Source: Ruditapes philippinarum (taxonomy: Eukaryota). From it: a DNA stretch of 64,000 nt. The position numbers were made by a program, and so were the translations under genes. Positions 13,201-26,200 of this stretch are shown one piece after another. The stretch's first letter is position 1; every line of letters starts with the position of its first letter. The notes below the pieces were generated by a model that was not told the origin of the DNA, did no database searches, and saw nothing but the letters and a program-made list of their open reading frames with translations. Location: contig NW_026859070.1 in assembly GCF_026571515.1 (NCBI RefSeq), forward strand, positions 124,001 to 188,000, read 5' to 3'.

Positions 13201-16200
13201 TTCTTTTAGGGAGATAATAATTACTTTTTACAGCAATAAAATTGGATTGCGTAATTAAATATCAAGCATTTGCAAAAATTTAATAGTTTACTTAATTAAA
13301 AATACATGTATATTATAAGCTCACTATGACTTTCTTTAACCATGCAGGAGCTCGAGTGAAATATGTCATCATTGTACTTTTGGACCGTGGCAGTACATGT
13401 ATATGTCTTTAAACATATACGAAATAGCAAATACCTCATTTTAAGTGAAGTCAGTATTAAATCATTCGTCTTACCGAATCATCAACAAATGTGTACGCGT
13501 ACCCGTCTGGGTTGGTAACCGGAAGTATATACCAATCAAAGCTGTCAACCATTTCCGTCAATTCCATGTCCAGTTTATACAAGTCCAGCATCTAAAATAA
13601 CACAAAATTGTAGAATCTTTTAAAAATTTCACTTTATAGATTAAATAATGTTTAAATTCGTTAGATTTAAAATTATAACATACTTTTCATAAAGATATTT
13701 TCAATTCACTTTATAGTTCAGTATATGTAATAATTTACACATCTTTAAGCTCAGAAACGCGAAGTTAAGAATCCGGTTTCCTGAATGAAACAAGTTTTGC
13801 CGTTGGAACTATCTAAAGGTATCATTTTATTTTAGATATTTTTAAAAGGTCTTTATTGGAAAGGTTTTCATCGCAATATTTAGAATGATATTTCTGTATT
13901 TTCTAAAAATAAAAATGAAGAGCCTTCGAAATAGACATGTTTTGTCTTATGAATGCTCCGTTCAGGGCAAACAGGAAACCAGAAATATTCTACGAATAAA
14001 TTCGATTTTTTTGGACATTGGTTACGGAAGAACACGGAAAATGACGTTTTGCACGATTTTACACAAAGTGTGTTATGCGGATCAGACCTTAATTAAAATG
14101 CAAGGAAGGACAACATTACCTGGCCAGCCATAAAAACAACTGTGGCTGGGGAAATCCATTCTTCCGGGTGAATACCTCCTTCAATCCAGAACGCTGGTCT
14201 GTCCGCATTTTGTGGCTGTGTGCTAATCTAATTACATTAAAAGATAATTTCATATAAAAAATAAATATATAATTTAGTTCCTTGTTAACTGAATAATATA
14301 TAACATATGATTATATGTAACATTGGTAAATATGGTTGTAATTGTATAATGGTCATAACGCCTGCAATACATTATATGTTTGTTACTGTATATTATTTCA
14401 TATGTTTTTATATACATAAATATAATGTACGGTATAGAGTAGGATATCCTCGACCTGCATATACCTATTGACGAGGAAAATAAATTAACATGAAAAAAAA
14501 AAAAAAAAAAAAAAAAAAAACATTAAAAGATTGGTTTTACTCCTAAATTCTTAGACTAAATAATGAACTATACCGAGTTTCATGATAAGAATTTGCGAAT
14601 TAATAGTGGCAGTTTAAAGTATAAACTTAAATGATATATTGCATGTTGACTGTATTTGTTCTCTTTAAAAATGTAATATAATAGAGATTTAAGTCAAGAA
14701 TAATTTTCTTTTATTCATATGCATTTATCCAATTAGTATTAACTATTAATTAATATGGTTAATACAGGGAGATAAATACCTTAATTCCAACAAGTTCTCT
14801 CCCCTCGTAAGACTTTGTTATATTAAACATAGAGGCCTTGTCTTTGTAAACGTTTGTTATATTTTGCATCCAGTCATATATCTGAAAATAAGAGTAACTG
14901 TTAAGTTGGATAATTGACCATTATCAATTTGATTCATCGTCGTCATCACCAATTATCATCATTATTATCATCATAATCATCATCATAATCATCATCACCA
15001 TCACAACAATCATCATCATCAACAACAACATCATCATTATCATCATCACAACAGTCATCATTATTCATCATCATCATCATCATTATCATCGCAACCATCA
15101 TCATCACCGAGCGAAAATTTCGTGTACATCAACTTTAAATAAATTTGAAATAAATGCGATATGATACATAAAGCATCCACTTCTCCCTAGCCCAAGATGA
15201 ATGTTGTATTAAAATCGGGCAACCATTATAAAAATGTACATGATGTGTCATTGTGTACATGAATAAATAAGCATGTAATCAGTGCATTACATGAAGCGGA
15301 AAAAGGAAGAATAGCGCCATCTGGCGTCAAATATGGTTATGGATATAGATATACTTACGTCATCAAGTTGGTGATATTTTGAGTATTCAAACTGGTTTGC
15401 TTTGGGCACTTTGATATTTCTGTAGGCCTTTTGTTCATCAATTATTTGCTGCACATCCTCTATCATGATTTTAACGAACATGTCTTTTTCCAGCAGATAA
15501 TTTGTGACGTCATCATATTCAAATGGTGACAGACGAATATCCACGGAATTGTTAACGCTTGATGGTGCACGCCATACATCCAAGTGCTGCAAATAGTGTT
15601 TTAAGTTAGAAACTTAAAAGGAATATTTGACAAAAACATGCATCAGAGTTAAGGGTATTGCTAAATAAACTCTGCAAATCATGCAAACTGCACGAGAAAT
15701 TTCGAGTATTTCGAACTCTACCGAGCTTTATAACATTTATTTTATTATAAGTTTAGAAAAAAAGAAGAAAAAAAGTGAAAAGATTGCAGTATATCAAATA
15801 AATTGTATAAGTTAAATTAACGTTTACAATGGTTACTCGGAATGAAGTCTCTTACAGTCTTTATTATCAGCCTGTGCCGCTCTTGACCAATTTAATTTCG
15901 TTTATAATTTCTAGTGAACACTAACAGGCATGCAAAACAATAGTTACTAAATTGTCAAATATTCTGGTTTACTTTTGGGAAAAACACTTAAAAATTTACC
16001 CGCTCTTCAAATAGGAGATTCTGCAGATGTTTCACTTCCTGTTCGGTATTTGGGGTTACTTTTATCACTTTATGTCTGAAATTAAAACATATTCAATTAA
16101 CTGTTATTTTCATTTAAAGTTTTATTAAACAGTTTACAGAAAATATCACCGACTATTCAAAACGTTTGTGTCGCTTCAAATACTTAGTAACTCGTGTTCA

Positions 16201-16632
16201 TGATTTATGATGTTGTTCAACGAAAAAATAATCATATTCATGTCGACTCTGTGCCACCGCAGTTTAATGCAAACTTTAATGATTATAAAGAAAACAATTA
16301 GAAGAAAATTAAGTGAGAATTTAATATTACGCAATTTAGGAGTATAAGCAGCAAAAACAGGAATGAAATTAAAATCCAAAGGTAGGTAACTGTACGTTGC
16401 AAAAACGCATTATCTGCCCTTTTAAACCGAGCGCCATGCAATGAAAGCAAATGGAACCGATTTCAAATGAGGTTAAACGCAAGCATATTATTTATTTATT
16501 TATTAAATAACTTTTGCTCATTTAAGACTTAAAACGATAATATAGTTTTAAAATTCAACCTTACCCCGTCCATGGTCCATGACCCAACGTTCCAAGAGGC
16601 ACAAATATCGCTAGTGTAACTAGAAGTAACAT
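10291..16632 (-). CDS. M14A procarboxypeptidase-like, copy 2; 417 aa, 10 exons; predicted catalytically dead (E270Q, Y248S, R71E)
   Basis: Exons 16565-16632, 16000-16075, 15359-15586, 14780-14881, 14120-14227, 13475-13591, 12783-12867, 12147-12346, 11314-11398 and 10291-10475 total 1254 nt with an open frame. Motifs [36 protein letters not shown] and YDVQLRD..YGFLLP. Confidence 0.93.
10502..10730. mobile_element. Palindromic MITE (Sola-like GAG..CTC family), left end truncated
   Basis: Same sequence family as 23640-23874 and 42704-42938 (GCATGGATCCAGACCAGCCTGCGCATC.GCGCAGTCTGATCAGG). Confidence 0.85.
14935..15107. repeat. Imperfect (ATC)n microsatellite in an intron
   Basis: Visible CAT/ATC triplet run. 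Confidence 0.9.
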
Positions 16633-18229
16633 TGTTGTTGATTTCAGTACAGAATAAAACAAACTTATTCAAATTTTGTTTATTTATACTAGTTTATATA
16701 TCACATGATCTCACACAGTTGATGTACCAGTTTTTGTTATTGTCAAGTGCTGTGTTACTTACTGTACTGTAAGGCAGCTGATTAAAATACGGGGAGATAA
16801 ACTTCAAAAAGATTTCAAAATCTTTATTTTAGTATTTCATTGAACATATGATTTAAATACTTAAGGTTAACCTGATAACCGGTTTAATCACAAGCGTAAA
16901 GTTGTCGTGGCCTATATTTTTCCCCCTCAACTTTTTGTAGAATTTCTACAACACTTGCAAAAAGGCCGCTGATATTTTTTCTGTTCCTCGATTTTTTTGT
17001 AAATAGAAAAACGCTCCTTGCTAATTCCAACAACTGTTATAAAATATGGAGTTTTATACTTTCCCCACGATAATTTGTACGATTTCAGCAGAAAATATAA
17101 GTTGGCCGCGACATTTTGTGATAAAACGATAAAATTTCTCGTCGTTTTGAAATGGCCGCAACCGGCCACCATAAGTAACCATTCTTCTGTGTTCTTTATG
17201 TTTTTTGACATGACGGCATGGCGGGACTGAATATATTTTTTGAGCAATATATACTATTAAGGTTTAAGTATGGACGAGTAACTTGTGCACAATATCAGAT
17301 CATTCGCTTGGTCCATTTTTTAAAAAATATTCATTTTCATTATAAAAAATGACCTAAAACTGAAAATCATTCAAATGTTTTTAATTCAAATTAGGCAAAA
17401 ATAAATAAATAAACAAACAAACAAACAAACAAATAAATAAATAAATTTTAAATAAATAAATAAATAGATAGATAAATAAATACACATGCACAATTCTTCC
17501 GTTGATAGAGAATTAACTCGACACACGGTCAAACATTCGTAAGCTTCAGTTTCCTATTAAAGAAGTAAGACAATGTTTACTTTACGTCCACTATGATTGA
17601 AAATGCATCTTCAGAATAATGCCTTTATCTAAACTTAAACTAACGTACCGATTTAATGAAAGCGCGCCAAAAATTATCAACAACGTTACCGCGAATAACG
17701 TCACCGCGTAAGGTGACACTTCCTGGAGACTGAGGAAACAACATGGCGCCGTTCTCGAAGCATTATGACAACTTTGAAGCATACATGATCAACTTCAATG
17801 AAGGTTAGTGTTTTATTCGAAAAAAAGTAGTTTATAGTAACAAACGTACGGTTTATTGAGTCATAACTTAGTATGACCAATTGTTTTACTTTATTAAATC
17901 GGTAAGTTTGTTTAGATCTATTAGAAAAATTAAGAAAGTCTGCGAGCAAATAGATCTAGGCCTGCAAAATCACAAAGTCCACAAGTTTCGGTTACTAGGT
18001 GCTATTCCTATTTTATAATGTAGTTTTTATTAAAATATGTAAACAACTGGGGATGTTGGGGTTGTAACCCTCAATAAGCAGTGTATTTACAGGATTCCCG
18101 GGTCCGATAAACTATATATTCCTTAAATATAGGTTGTTAAAGAATCCATTTTTATAACACTTTATGATGCTTACTTTTATGATATTTCATTGTACGTACT
18201 CAAGAATATTAAATACATGCAGAGACATA

Positions 18230-19080
18230 GTTATAGACAAATATGAAGTCATTGATTGAAACAGATCTAGATTACTTAAAATATCAAATCATAAATTTCG
18301 ACATAGAAGATTTAGTCAAATATTAAGTCATAGATTTCGACATAGAACATTTAGTCAAATATTAAGTTTAGATTTTAGTTTAGTTTAATAATATTTTATT
18401 GCAACTATCATCGTTATCATTTACAATACATGTAAGGTTACATGAATCATACAAAAAACAAATATTCACAGATATATAATGCAAATAGGTTGAGCTACAA
18501 GTTATAACAACATTAGCAACATGCAGCCCTCCCCACAACGTCATTTTTCAAGAGATCATATTTATTCCGGTACTTGACATGTAGATATTCTTAACTAGCC
18601 TTTAAAAATATCTACATGAAATATTTAGTCATATTTAGACATATATTTAGTCAAATATGGAGTCATAGATTTAAGACATAGATTAAGTAAAATTTCAAGT
18701 CATAGATTAAAGCATAATTCTATAGTCGAATATCAAGACCTCATTTAGACATTTTTTTCAGATATAGAGTCGTAGACAAATATACATACAGATATGTATA
18801 GATTGAATGAAATATCAGAAAAAAGATGTAGACAACAATTTAGTCAAATTGCTAATAGATCATCAATTTAGACAAAAATTTTGTCAAATATTAAGTCCTA
18901 GATTGAAACAAATTTGTAAATAAATTAAGACATAAATTTAAAAAGATATTGCGAGATAAATTAAGCTATACAATGTAGACTTTAAACAAACTTTCAATCA
19001 GAAATTTAAAAACAGATTTAATCATATTTTAAAACAGTGATTTAGTCAAATCTTGAATCAAAGAATTAGTCATATATCTA
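18230..19080. repeat. Degenerate ~38-bp minisatellite
   Basis: Recurrent TTTAGTCAAATATTAAGTCATAGATT motif, with two near-identical units at ~18288-18368. Confidence 0.6.
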
Positions 19081-19149
19081 GATACATGTATATAACTTAC
19101 ATGTATATATTACCCCTTCAGGTTAAGAAGAAACAATCCGAAATCTAAA

Positions 19150-21378
19150 ATGTGGGGGACATCTCACAACAGAAGCAATCCATGGCGGCTCTTCCGTCCA
19201 TCGACTGCTACCGAAAATCACGAACCATCACGAGATCGAAATAACAAGACGATTGAGTATTCACGTGCACGCAGTTCAGCAGACACAGTTTTGTCAAAGA
19301 GACAGGAAACAAACCATGTCTTTTACGAGCAATATGACGACAATGCAAATGCAAACATTATAGATAAATTTAACGTTTATGGCTGGAAAAAGAAATTTAC
19401 ATGTGACAAACAAACCCAGACTGATCCTGCAACTGAAACGACAACGAACCAGAAAATTGCTGCTCGAAAGTCGTTTGCGAATAAAGTCATATATTCTAAA
19501 TCGTGCGACAGTTTGCTGAAAAAAACTCCGACACGGCTTTATTTTAGTAGAAGCTTTGATAATTCAAAGAAAATTAGAAGATGTGAAATTGATGAGCAGC
19601 AGACGACAAAGTTTTGTGACAATCGTGAAAGGGTTCTTGAAAAACTGAAAAAGCCACACGATGATTTATCATCAAATACGGCTGTTTTTCCAGAAGGTCT
19701 TAGCATGACCGATGGTTTTTATGGCGGCAATTGTTACAAAAACACCCAACACGAAGACGAATTCATGTCGCCAAAAGAAAAATGCGAGAAAAAACCAAGC
19801 GAAGTCCCGAATCGCATCGAACAAAGAAAAAGTAAGCAATATCTAGGCGACGATATCTGTTCTGACTTAGAATCAAATCTTAGAAATATGTCATGTCAGG
19901 ATAAAACAGAAGACACTTTTATAAACGAATGGAGTCCATTTCATCAGAACCGTGAAAGAGACAACGAGTTTAATGATTATCGTCAATCTGATGATGTCAG
20001 TCTGGCTTCAGAGCGAAGCTGCTATTCAATATCTTCCGAGGAACAAGAAAACGAGATTGAGTATGAGATTGTCGACTGGTGTGAATATAATGAGGGTTAC
20101 AAAGAAACAGAAGATTGTTCCAAAAAGAGGTCTGGCGGAATCAGTTCCCAATTAAACACACCCGTACTGGACCTGAGTGCCCTAGACGGCTATCATACGG
20201 CCCCAAACTCGCCGCATGCTCCCATTGAATCCGAAGAATATCCTCCGCTATATCAAGAGAAAGAGATTATCTTGGATTTCACAGAAAATAATGGTGCATC
20301 AAATAATAAGTGTGTAAAAGAAATCAAAGATTTTGGGAATCGCTGTGAATCTGACGGTGCATCATCCCATTACAAAAAGGAAGATAATGCTTTCCAAAAA
20401 CAGACTTTGTGTTGTAAATGCGGAAAAACTATGGCATCCAATGAGGAGCAGTTTCAGAGTGGTACGGTTGAAAATAGAAATAAGACAAATAATCGTAACA
20501 ATCAATATGAGCTGGTTGGACAATACCAAAGGTCAACTGAGGTTGACTTTAGAAATCTTACGTTAGAGACGCCTCCATTTATAGCAGTGAACAGTCTACA
20601 TTACGAAGCTGACCCAGAGACCGGGAAAGCAAAAGTCGTTGGCCGAGGAAGTTTTGGACAGGTGTATAAGGCAAGATTTTCAGATCCTAGGTTTAACCAT
20701 CTTCCAATAGTTATTAAAGAATTTGATGAAGAGTTCACGAATTCTAAAGAAATCATCGAGGAAGCAAAACGTTTGAATTACCTACAAGATACGAGATATG
20801 TTCCTATTTGCTACGGCCTTCTATGCTTCGGCTCCCCAGTCCAGCCGAAATATGGGATTGTCCAGGAATACGTAGGCACCGGTTTGACCTTGGAACAAAT
20901 GCTTTGGGATCAGTATGAACTCCCGTTAGAATACTGGTTCCGGATTGCAATACAGTGTTGTGAAGGGCTTGCTAGATTCCACGATAAAGGCATTCTTTTG
21001 AATGATATTAAAACCAATAACATTTTACTGGAGTTTGAAGATCATTCTGTTCGAATACGATATATCGATTTTGGACTGGCTACAGACATGCGCGGGAAAC
21101 GGTATAAGAACAGTCGCTCATTGGAGGATTTTGTTTACCTTGCACCGGAAGTGAGAAAATACGGAAAAATCACTACCGTGGCGTCTGATATCTATTCACT
21201 AGGTTTTATTTTGGAACAGATAAAGAAATATACGGGTGTGAACGAGTTAGTGGTGATAGCCCGTCTATGTATGGAAAGGGATCCAGAAAAGCGACTTCCG
21301 CCATGGAAAGCAGCAAAACTGTTGAAAGATCACATGATCAAGCTTGGATTTGACGTCATGTTTTCATGGGACGTTTAA
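19150..21378 (+). CDS. Divergent Ser/Thr-type protein kinase, 742 aa, CDS in one exon, long disordered N-terminus
   Basis: C-terminal domain with GRGSFGQV, VIKE, alphaC Glu (IIEEA), LLNDIKTNN, DFG, YLAPE, SDIYSLG and DPEKR. A splice acceptor (CCCCTTCAG) ends at 19121, just upstream. Confidence 0.92.
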   Translation: MWGTSHNRSNPWRLFRPSTATENHEPSRDRNNKTIEYSRARSSADTVLSKRQETNHVFYEQYDDNANANIIDKFNVYGWKKKFTCDKQTQTDPATETTTNQKIAARKSFANKVIYSKSCDSLLKKTPTRLYFSRSFDNSKKIRRCEIDEQQTTKFCDNRERVLEKLKKPHDDLSSNTAVFPEGLSMTDGFYGGNCYKNTQHEDEFMSPKEKCEKKPSEVPNRIEQRKSKQYLGDDICSDLESNLRNMSCQDKTEDTFINEWSPFHQNRERDNEFNDYRQSDDVSLASERSCYSISSEEQENEIEYEIVDWCEYNEGYKETEDCSKKRSGGISSQLNTPVLDLSALDGYHTAPNSPHAPIESEEYPPLYQEKEIILDFTENNGASNNKCVKEIKDFGNRCESDGASSHYKKEDNAFQKQTLCCKCGKTMASNEEQFQSGTVENRNKTNNRNNQYELVGQYQRSTEVDFRNLTLETPPFIAVNSLHYEADPETGKAKVVGRGSFGQVYKARFSDPRFNHLPIVIKEFDEEFTNSKEIIEEAKRLNYLQDTRYVPICYGLLCFGSPVQPKYGIVQEYVGTGLTLEQMLWDQYELPLEYWFRIAIQCCEGLARFHDKGILLNDIKTNNILLEFEDHSVRIRYIDFGLATDMRGKRYKNSRSLEDFVYLAPEVRKYGKITTVASDIYSLGFILEQIKKYTGVNELVVIARLCMERDPEKRLPPWKAAKLLKDHMIKLGFDVMFSWDV

Positions 21379-22627
21379 GAGTATGTGTAACGACAAACGT
21401 ATATCAGGCATGGCCGAAAGTTGAATAAGACGACAGTTATGATGGCAGCAGACAGCGTTATTATATTAATTTACATGTATATATATTTATATTCAAAACG
21501 AAAAATCGAATAGAACATTAACTGACTGCACCAACAGTTAAATTTAACTCATGGAATTATTATTATTCATTATGAAAAAGTGATCTTTAAAACTGTATGA
21601 GTAATCTGAAAAACAAAACAACCTTTGCTATCAACAGGAAGTGAATGAAATAGTATGTAGTTTAATACACGAGTAGAATATTGTTTTAATATTTGGTCAC
21701 AAGACCATTGAACTATTTCAATATCTTCTTCATCCATCACTGAATCATGTTTTACAGAGCTGACGCATTTGTTATAAAGTACATGTACATTGTTTTAAAG
21801 CATCTGCGCGTTACAAAAGTAGCTAGAAGCGAAAGTAAAAAAAAAGGTTTAGGATTTCAAAAAATTTAAACAGAAAATCTAAAAATTCGGTATTTGGAAT
21901 TGCCGTTTTTTTCTTCAAAAATGAAAGAATGTACATAAATTCGCTAAATTTTGTAATAAAGAACAAATTTGGGTTATATTTCAAAATATTTGTTTTCATA
22001 TATTGTATGTTATAGTAGCAATAATAAATACTTGATTATAAAATACCGTTTTAATTGTATACATTTTAAAAACATACTTAAATCTATCTTACGTCGTTCG
22101 ATGAGATATTGAAAAATATCAGTAAGATATAATGTATGTGATATCACACTTATAGAGAGTAAGTGATATATATAGAAGGTGTTTAAGATTTTTTTCTTTA
22201 GATACATGATTTATTTTCATCTAGTGGTATGAAAATAAATAGTTCACGAGTGACGATAGCCACGAGTGAAATATGATAATTTTCATATCAGAATATGATA
22301 TCACAAAATAAATCCGGGTTTTTATAGAAATAAAAAAAACTTTAATTTTTTGTTCATTGAATGCTTTTTCTCTTTTTTTTTAAAAACAATTCTTAAGACT
22401 TCTTTAATTTTGTGTATTGACTTAATTAAGAAAAAAGTCGTCCGGCAAGGCACACCAGTGAAAATACAGAAAATATATTTCACTGCAATGCAAACCAATA
22501 TTTCATTTATAAGTACATTGTATATAATAATCAATTATACAGGTACATTGAAAGATATTCGGAACAATTTTTCCTGCACTATATTCGAAGTTTCAAAACT
22601 TCCATAAAACAAGATTCTACACAATAA

Positions 22628-22933
22628 TTTATCATACACCCGTGCCGATTTTGCGACTCCGTAAATATGGTATTGCACGGCCGTGCATATATTTTGATGT
22701 TACGTCATTAGCGTTATACAAACATAGCGTAAAGACGCGCTAAATGTTAGCGTTATACTATAGGCGCGTCGATGAAAAATGACTTATTTCACTTTAATTT
22801 GGGTCTTTATTTTTAGTATGTGATAAATAGAATATTAAATTCGTGTAAGTTCACATAATCTCGCATAATATAATTTTATTCAACTCGTGCAATAAATTCA
22901 GTATTGAACTTACACTCATTCAATATCCTCTAT
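22628..22933 (-). repeat. Inverted copy of the 5768-6105 dispersed repeat, with half of its hairpin deleted
   Basis: Reverse complement of ACGGAGTCGCAAAATCGGCACGGGTGT and ATAGAGGATATTGAATGAGTGTAAGTTC. Confidence 0.8.
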
Positions 22934-23239
22934 ATATGATTCGTATATGTGGTAAACATTTACAAATCAAAGTTGATTAATAAATAAATATGACAATGCG
23001 CTCAGAGTATATAAACAAGCTTTCGTGATATCAGTATCAAATAAAGTAGGAATGAGTAAATCGGCTTGAACCTTGGACCGGACACTTAAATCTTTTATCT
23101 CGTATTGTAACATCAAGCTTACTGTCAAGTGCTCGCATATAAATATGTACAAGCAAAGTTTACTTATACATATGTGAATTATTTGTAATAAATATAATTT
23201 TACAGATATTTTTGAACAGATCTTGGCTTGCACAAAAAC

Positions 23240-26200
23240 ATGGTAAGTATGGTTTTCTTAGTTTTTAGTTAGGTCTTGTTTGGCAACATAATAAGGCACG
23301 AAGTAAGTGTAAGCACATGGTCTGGCGTTATAGAAAAATAACAACATCAACAACAACAACTAACTAAAGTTAAAAACAACAACGTATAGATATTGTTTCA
23401 GATAAATTTTTTGAAATATCGTTTTCATATTGAAAATACAACATGCGATAACCAGTCTACATGCTTTCAGGTTTATAATAAGCTTTTCGTATATATAAAA
23501 CGCGAAACTATGTTTATTCTCATTTTTTATTTACATTGCATTTCTTTTTTTTAACTTCTATGTAATATCTCTGAGTTGGATCCACCAAACTTTCCTGGAT
23601 AACTTACCAGTATTTCCTGCCGCAAGTCCAACATTATTTGAGCCGTGTCATGACAAAACCAACATAGTCGGTTTGCGACCAGCATGGATCCAAACCAGCC
23701 TGCGCATCCGCGCAGTCTGATCAGGATCCATGCTGTTCGCTATCAGTTTCTCTACTTGTAATAGGGTTTGTAAGCGAACAGCATGGATCCTGATCAGACT
23801 GCGCGGATGCGCAGGCTGGTCTGGATCCATGCTGGTCGCAAACGCATTACGTTGGTTTTGTCATGACGCGGCTCATTTCTAAATTAACCGTAAGTGACTA
23901 TAAGGATGCTACACCGGCGCTGCCGGTACAAACCGGAATATCTAGCTCGAGGGTAACTGTTAACGGCGGTAACGAGGCTCTGCCGGCCATTTAATTAAGT
24001 CAATGTACGCGATCAATTGAACGGAACAATTACGTCTTACCAGAGGATCGGACCAGCGACCCTTGTGTTTCAAATCCGATGATCTACCTATTGAGCTAAG
24101 TGGGCGGAGTCAAACTGTATGTAACTGGTCACTAGCATTATCTAGAACCTCAATGACCTCGTCTTTTCACTATGTTTTATTTTTCACTTTTTTTTCAAAG
24201 TTGTGGAGAAGTTGGTTCCTTATTTCCGGTATATGCGCAGTGCTACTTTCGTACCGGATGTATGTTGTCCTTCATCGTGAAATTCCATCGGAAATTGAAA
24301 ATCCCCACATTGTGCGATGGCTTGATGAAGCTGGTAGAGTAGGAAACACTCTGGTTTGTAAACTAGATACTTCTTTTTATTAACGGGTGACATATTTTTT
24401 ACACTGACCTTCATCCATATTCAACCAATAAAATGACATTTAATGAAAAAGGGTGCATATTGGCATAAATAAATGACAACACACCACGAATGAAATATAT
24501 ATGAATGATGTTAGTGATTGTGATATACATAATTCGATATAGCATACCTACATATCGTTCTGGAAAAAAAATATTATTATTCATCATTTAAATGCCCATA
24601 CTAAATCACTTAGAACTCTTATCATCTTTATTTTAATTGTTCAAGAAATATTCTGTATGAATAACAAAATGATACATTTCTGCCGATTTAAGCATTTTTT
24701 AGATACGGCGCCGATTGTAGACCAATTCCATTTAAGATACGTAACTCTATATCAAAATACAACTTTTTAATTTGACAAGTGTATAAAACAGGAAACCTTT
24801 AAAAGGAAAATGTTTTAATATTAAATGATGATCAGGTTATTTTGATTTTCTAGACTTGGATATGTCACCAACTTGGTGTTGAACACGCTACATGGCCAGC
24901 AAAGATGGTTGTGAATTTTGGGGCACGCCTGCTTTTTAATGGTTTTGGTAAACCGGTTACAAATATAACGGTAATGTATAATGATTAAAGTGTACTATTT
25001 TCTTGGGTAGTTTATGGCCATAACTTCGGATCACAAGCCTTCCGTATTTTTGCTTCGAATATCAATGTGAAAGTTGAGTATTATTGTTCAGAAGTAATAC
25101 AGAACCTTGGGTGGTCTACGCAGAATCAATCTTGAAACAATATAGGACAGCTCGGATTATCCTTCAACGATTCATATGACTAAAACAGTGTCTTCAAAAC
25201 GAGTTTAAACTAAATCACTAGATATACTAAAATGTAATTTGATTCGAAAGAAATCCTTTACCTTAATTTTGTAAGTGATTAAAACAATGGCTTGTTGTTC
25301 GGTTGAGAAAATTTATTATTATGCAAATTTCGTAAATGTAGCACCACTTCTATTATTAAAAAGTTCTTTTTTTAAGTTTTTCATTAAAGCTATTTTGTGC
25401 TACAGTTCGAGACTAAATATATTTATTTGTTTGTTTGCAGGTTCGTTACACAAGCATTGACTCAGTGCCGGTAACAATATTTTTACCCGATACACTAACG
25501 ACTAAAACCAAATATCCGACCATGGTCTACTTCCATGGCGGGGGATGGACCTGGTTCTCTGTAGGTAGGTGTAGGATTCATTTCTGTTTCCGGTGTATAA
25601 ATATACATTTTTTCTCTACAGTGTAATGACCAAGTGAATTAAAACCAACCATTGTTATATTAAGCCTATATCACGCTAAATACAATGTATCTTAAATGAA
25701 CTTGTTCATCTTTAACATGGAAAAATCCATTCATCATTTTAGAGTAAATGCAAAAAAGTACTTTACTGACTGAATAGTAAACATTCTTTAATTGATTTGT
25801 CCATCCATGGCCAAAACCATTCATCATTAAAGGCAAAAATAAGTATGTATTGACAATGCAGACAACGATCAGACGGTAGCGATCTTGGACTACACTGGTC
25901 CTGTCGCCGACAGCAGAAAAATGGCTAGCAATAGACAGAAAATGAAATTGCAGAAATGTTCGTCGATGTATTTCTTGTCGCTATGGTATATTGACAAAAC
26001 AAATAAATCACTGATCACTAATTAGTGTTCTTTTCTGTTTTATTATCATTTTAATTATTTTACAGATGTTTATGCGGGTTACCTTGCACATCTCGCCAAG
26101 AAAACCAACGTCCAAATAGTAGCTGTCGAGTATGTTTTTGTTACATTTATTTTTGTGAATTTCATGCAATATTGACTATGTTCAAGCTCTTAAATATTTG

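Noticed and set aside
23648-23830. [22 protein letters not shown]... and the related ORF at 10401-10640
   Set aside because: Spurious translations of the palindromic MITE.
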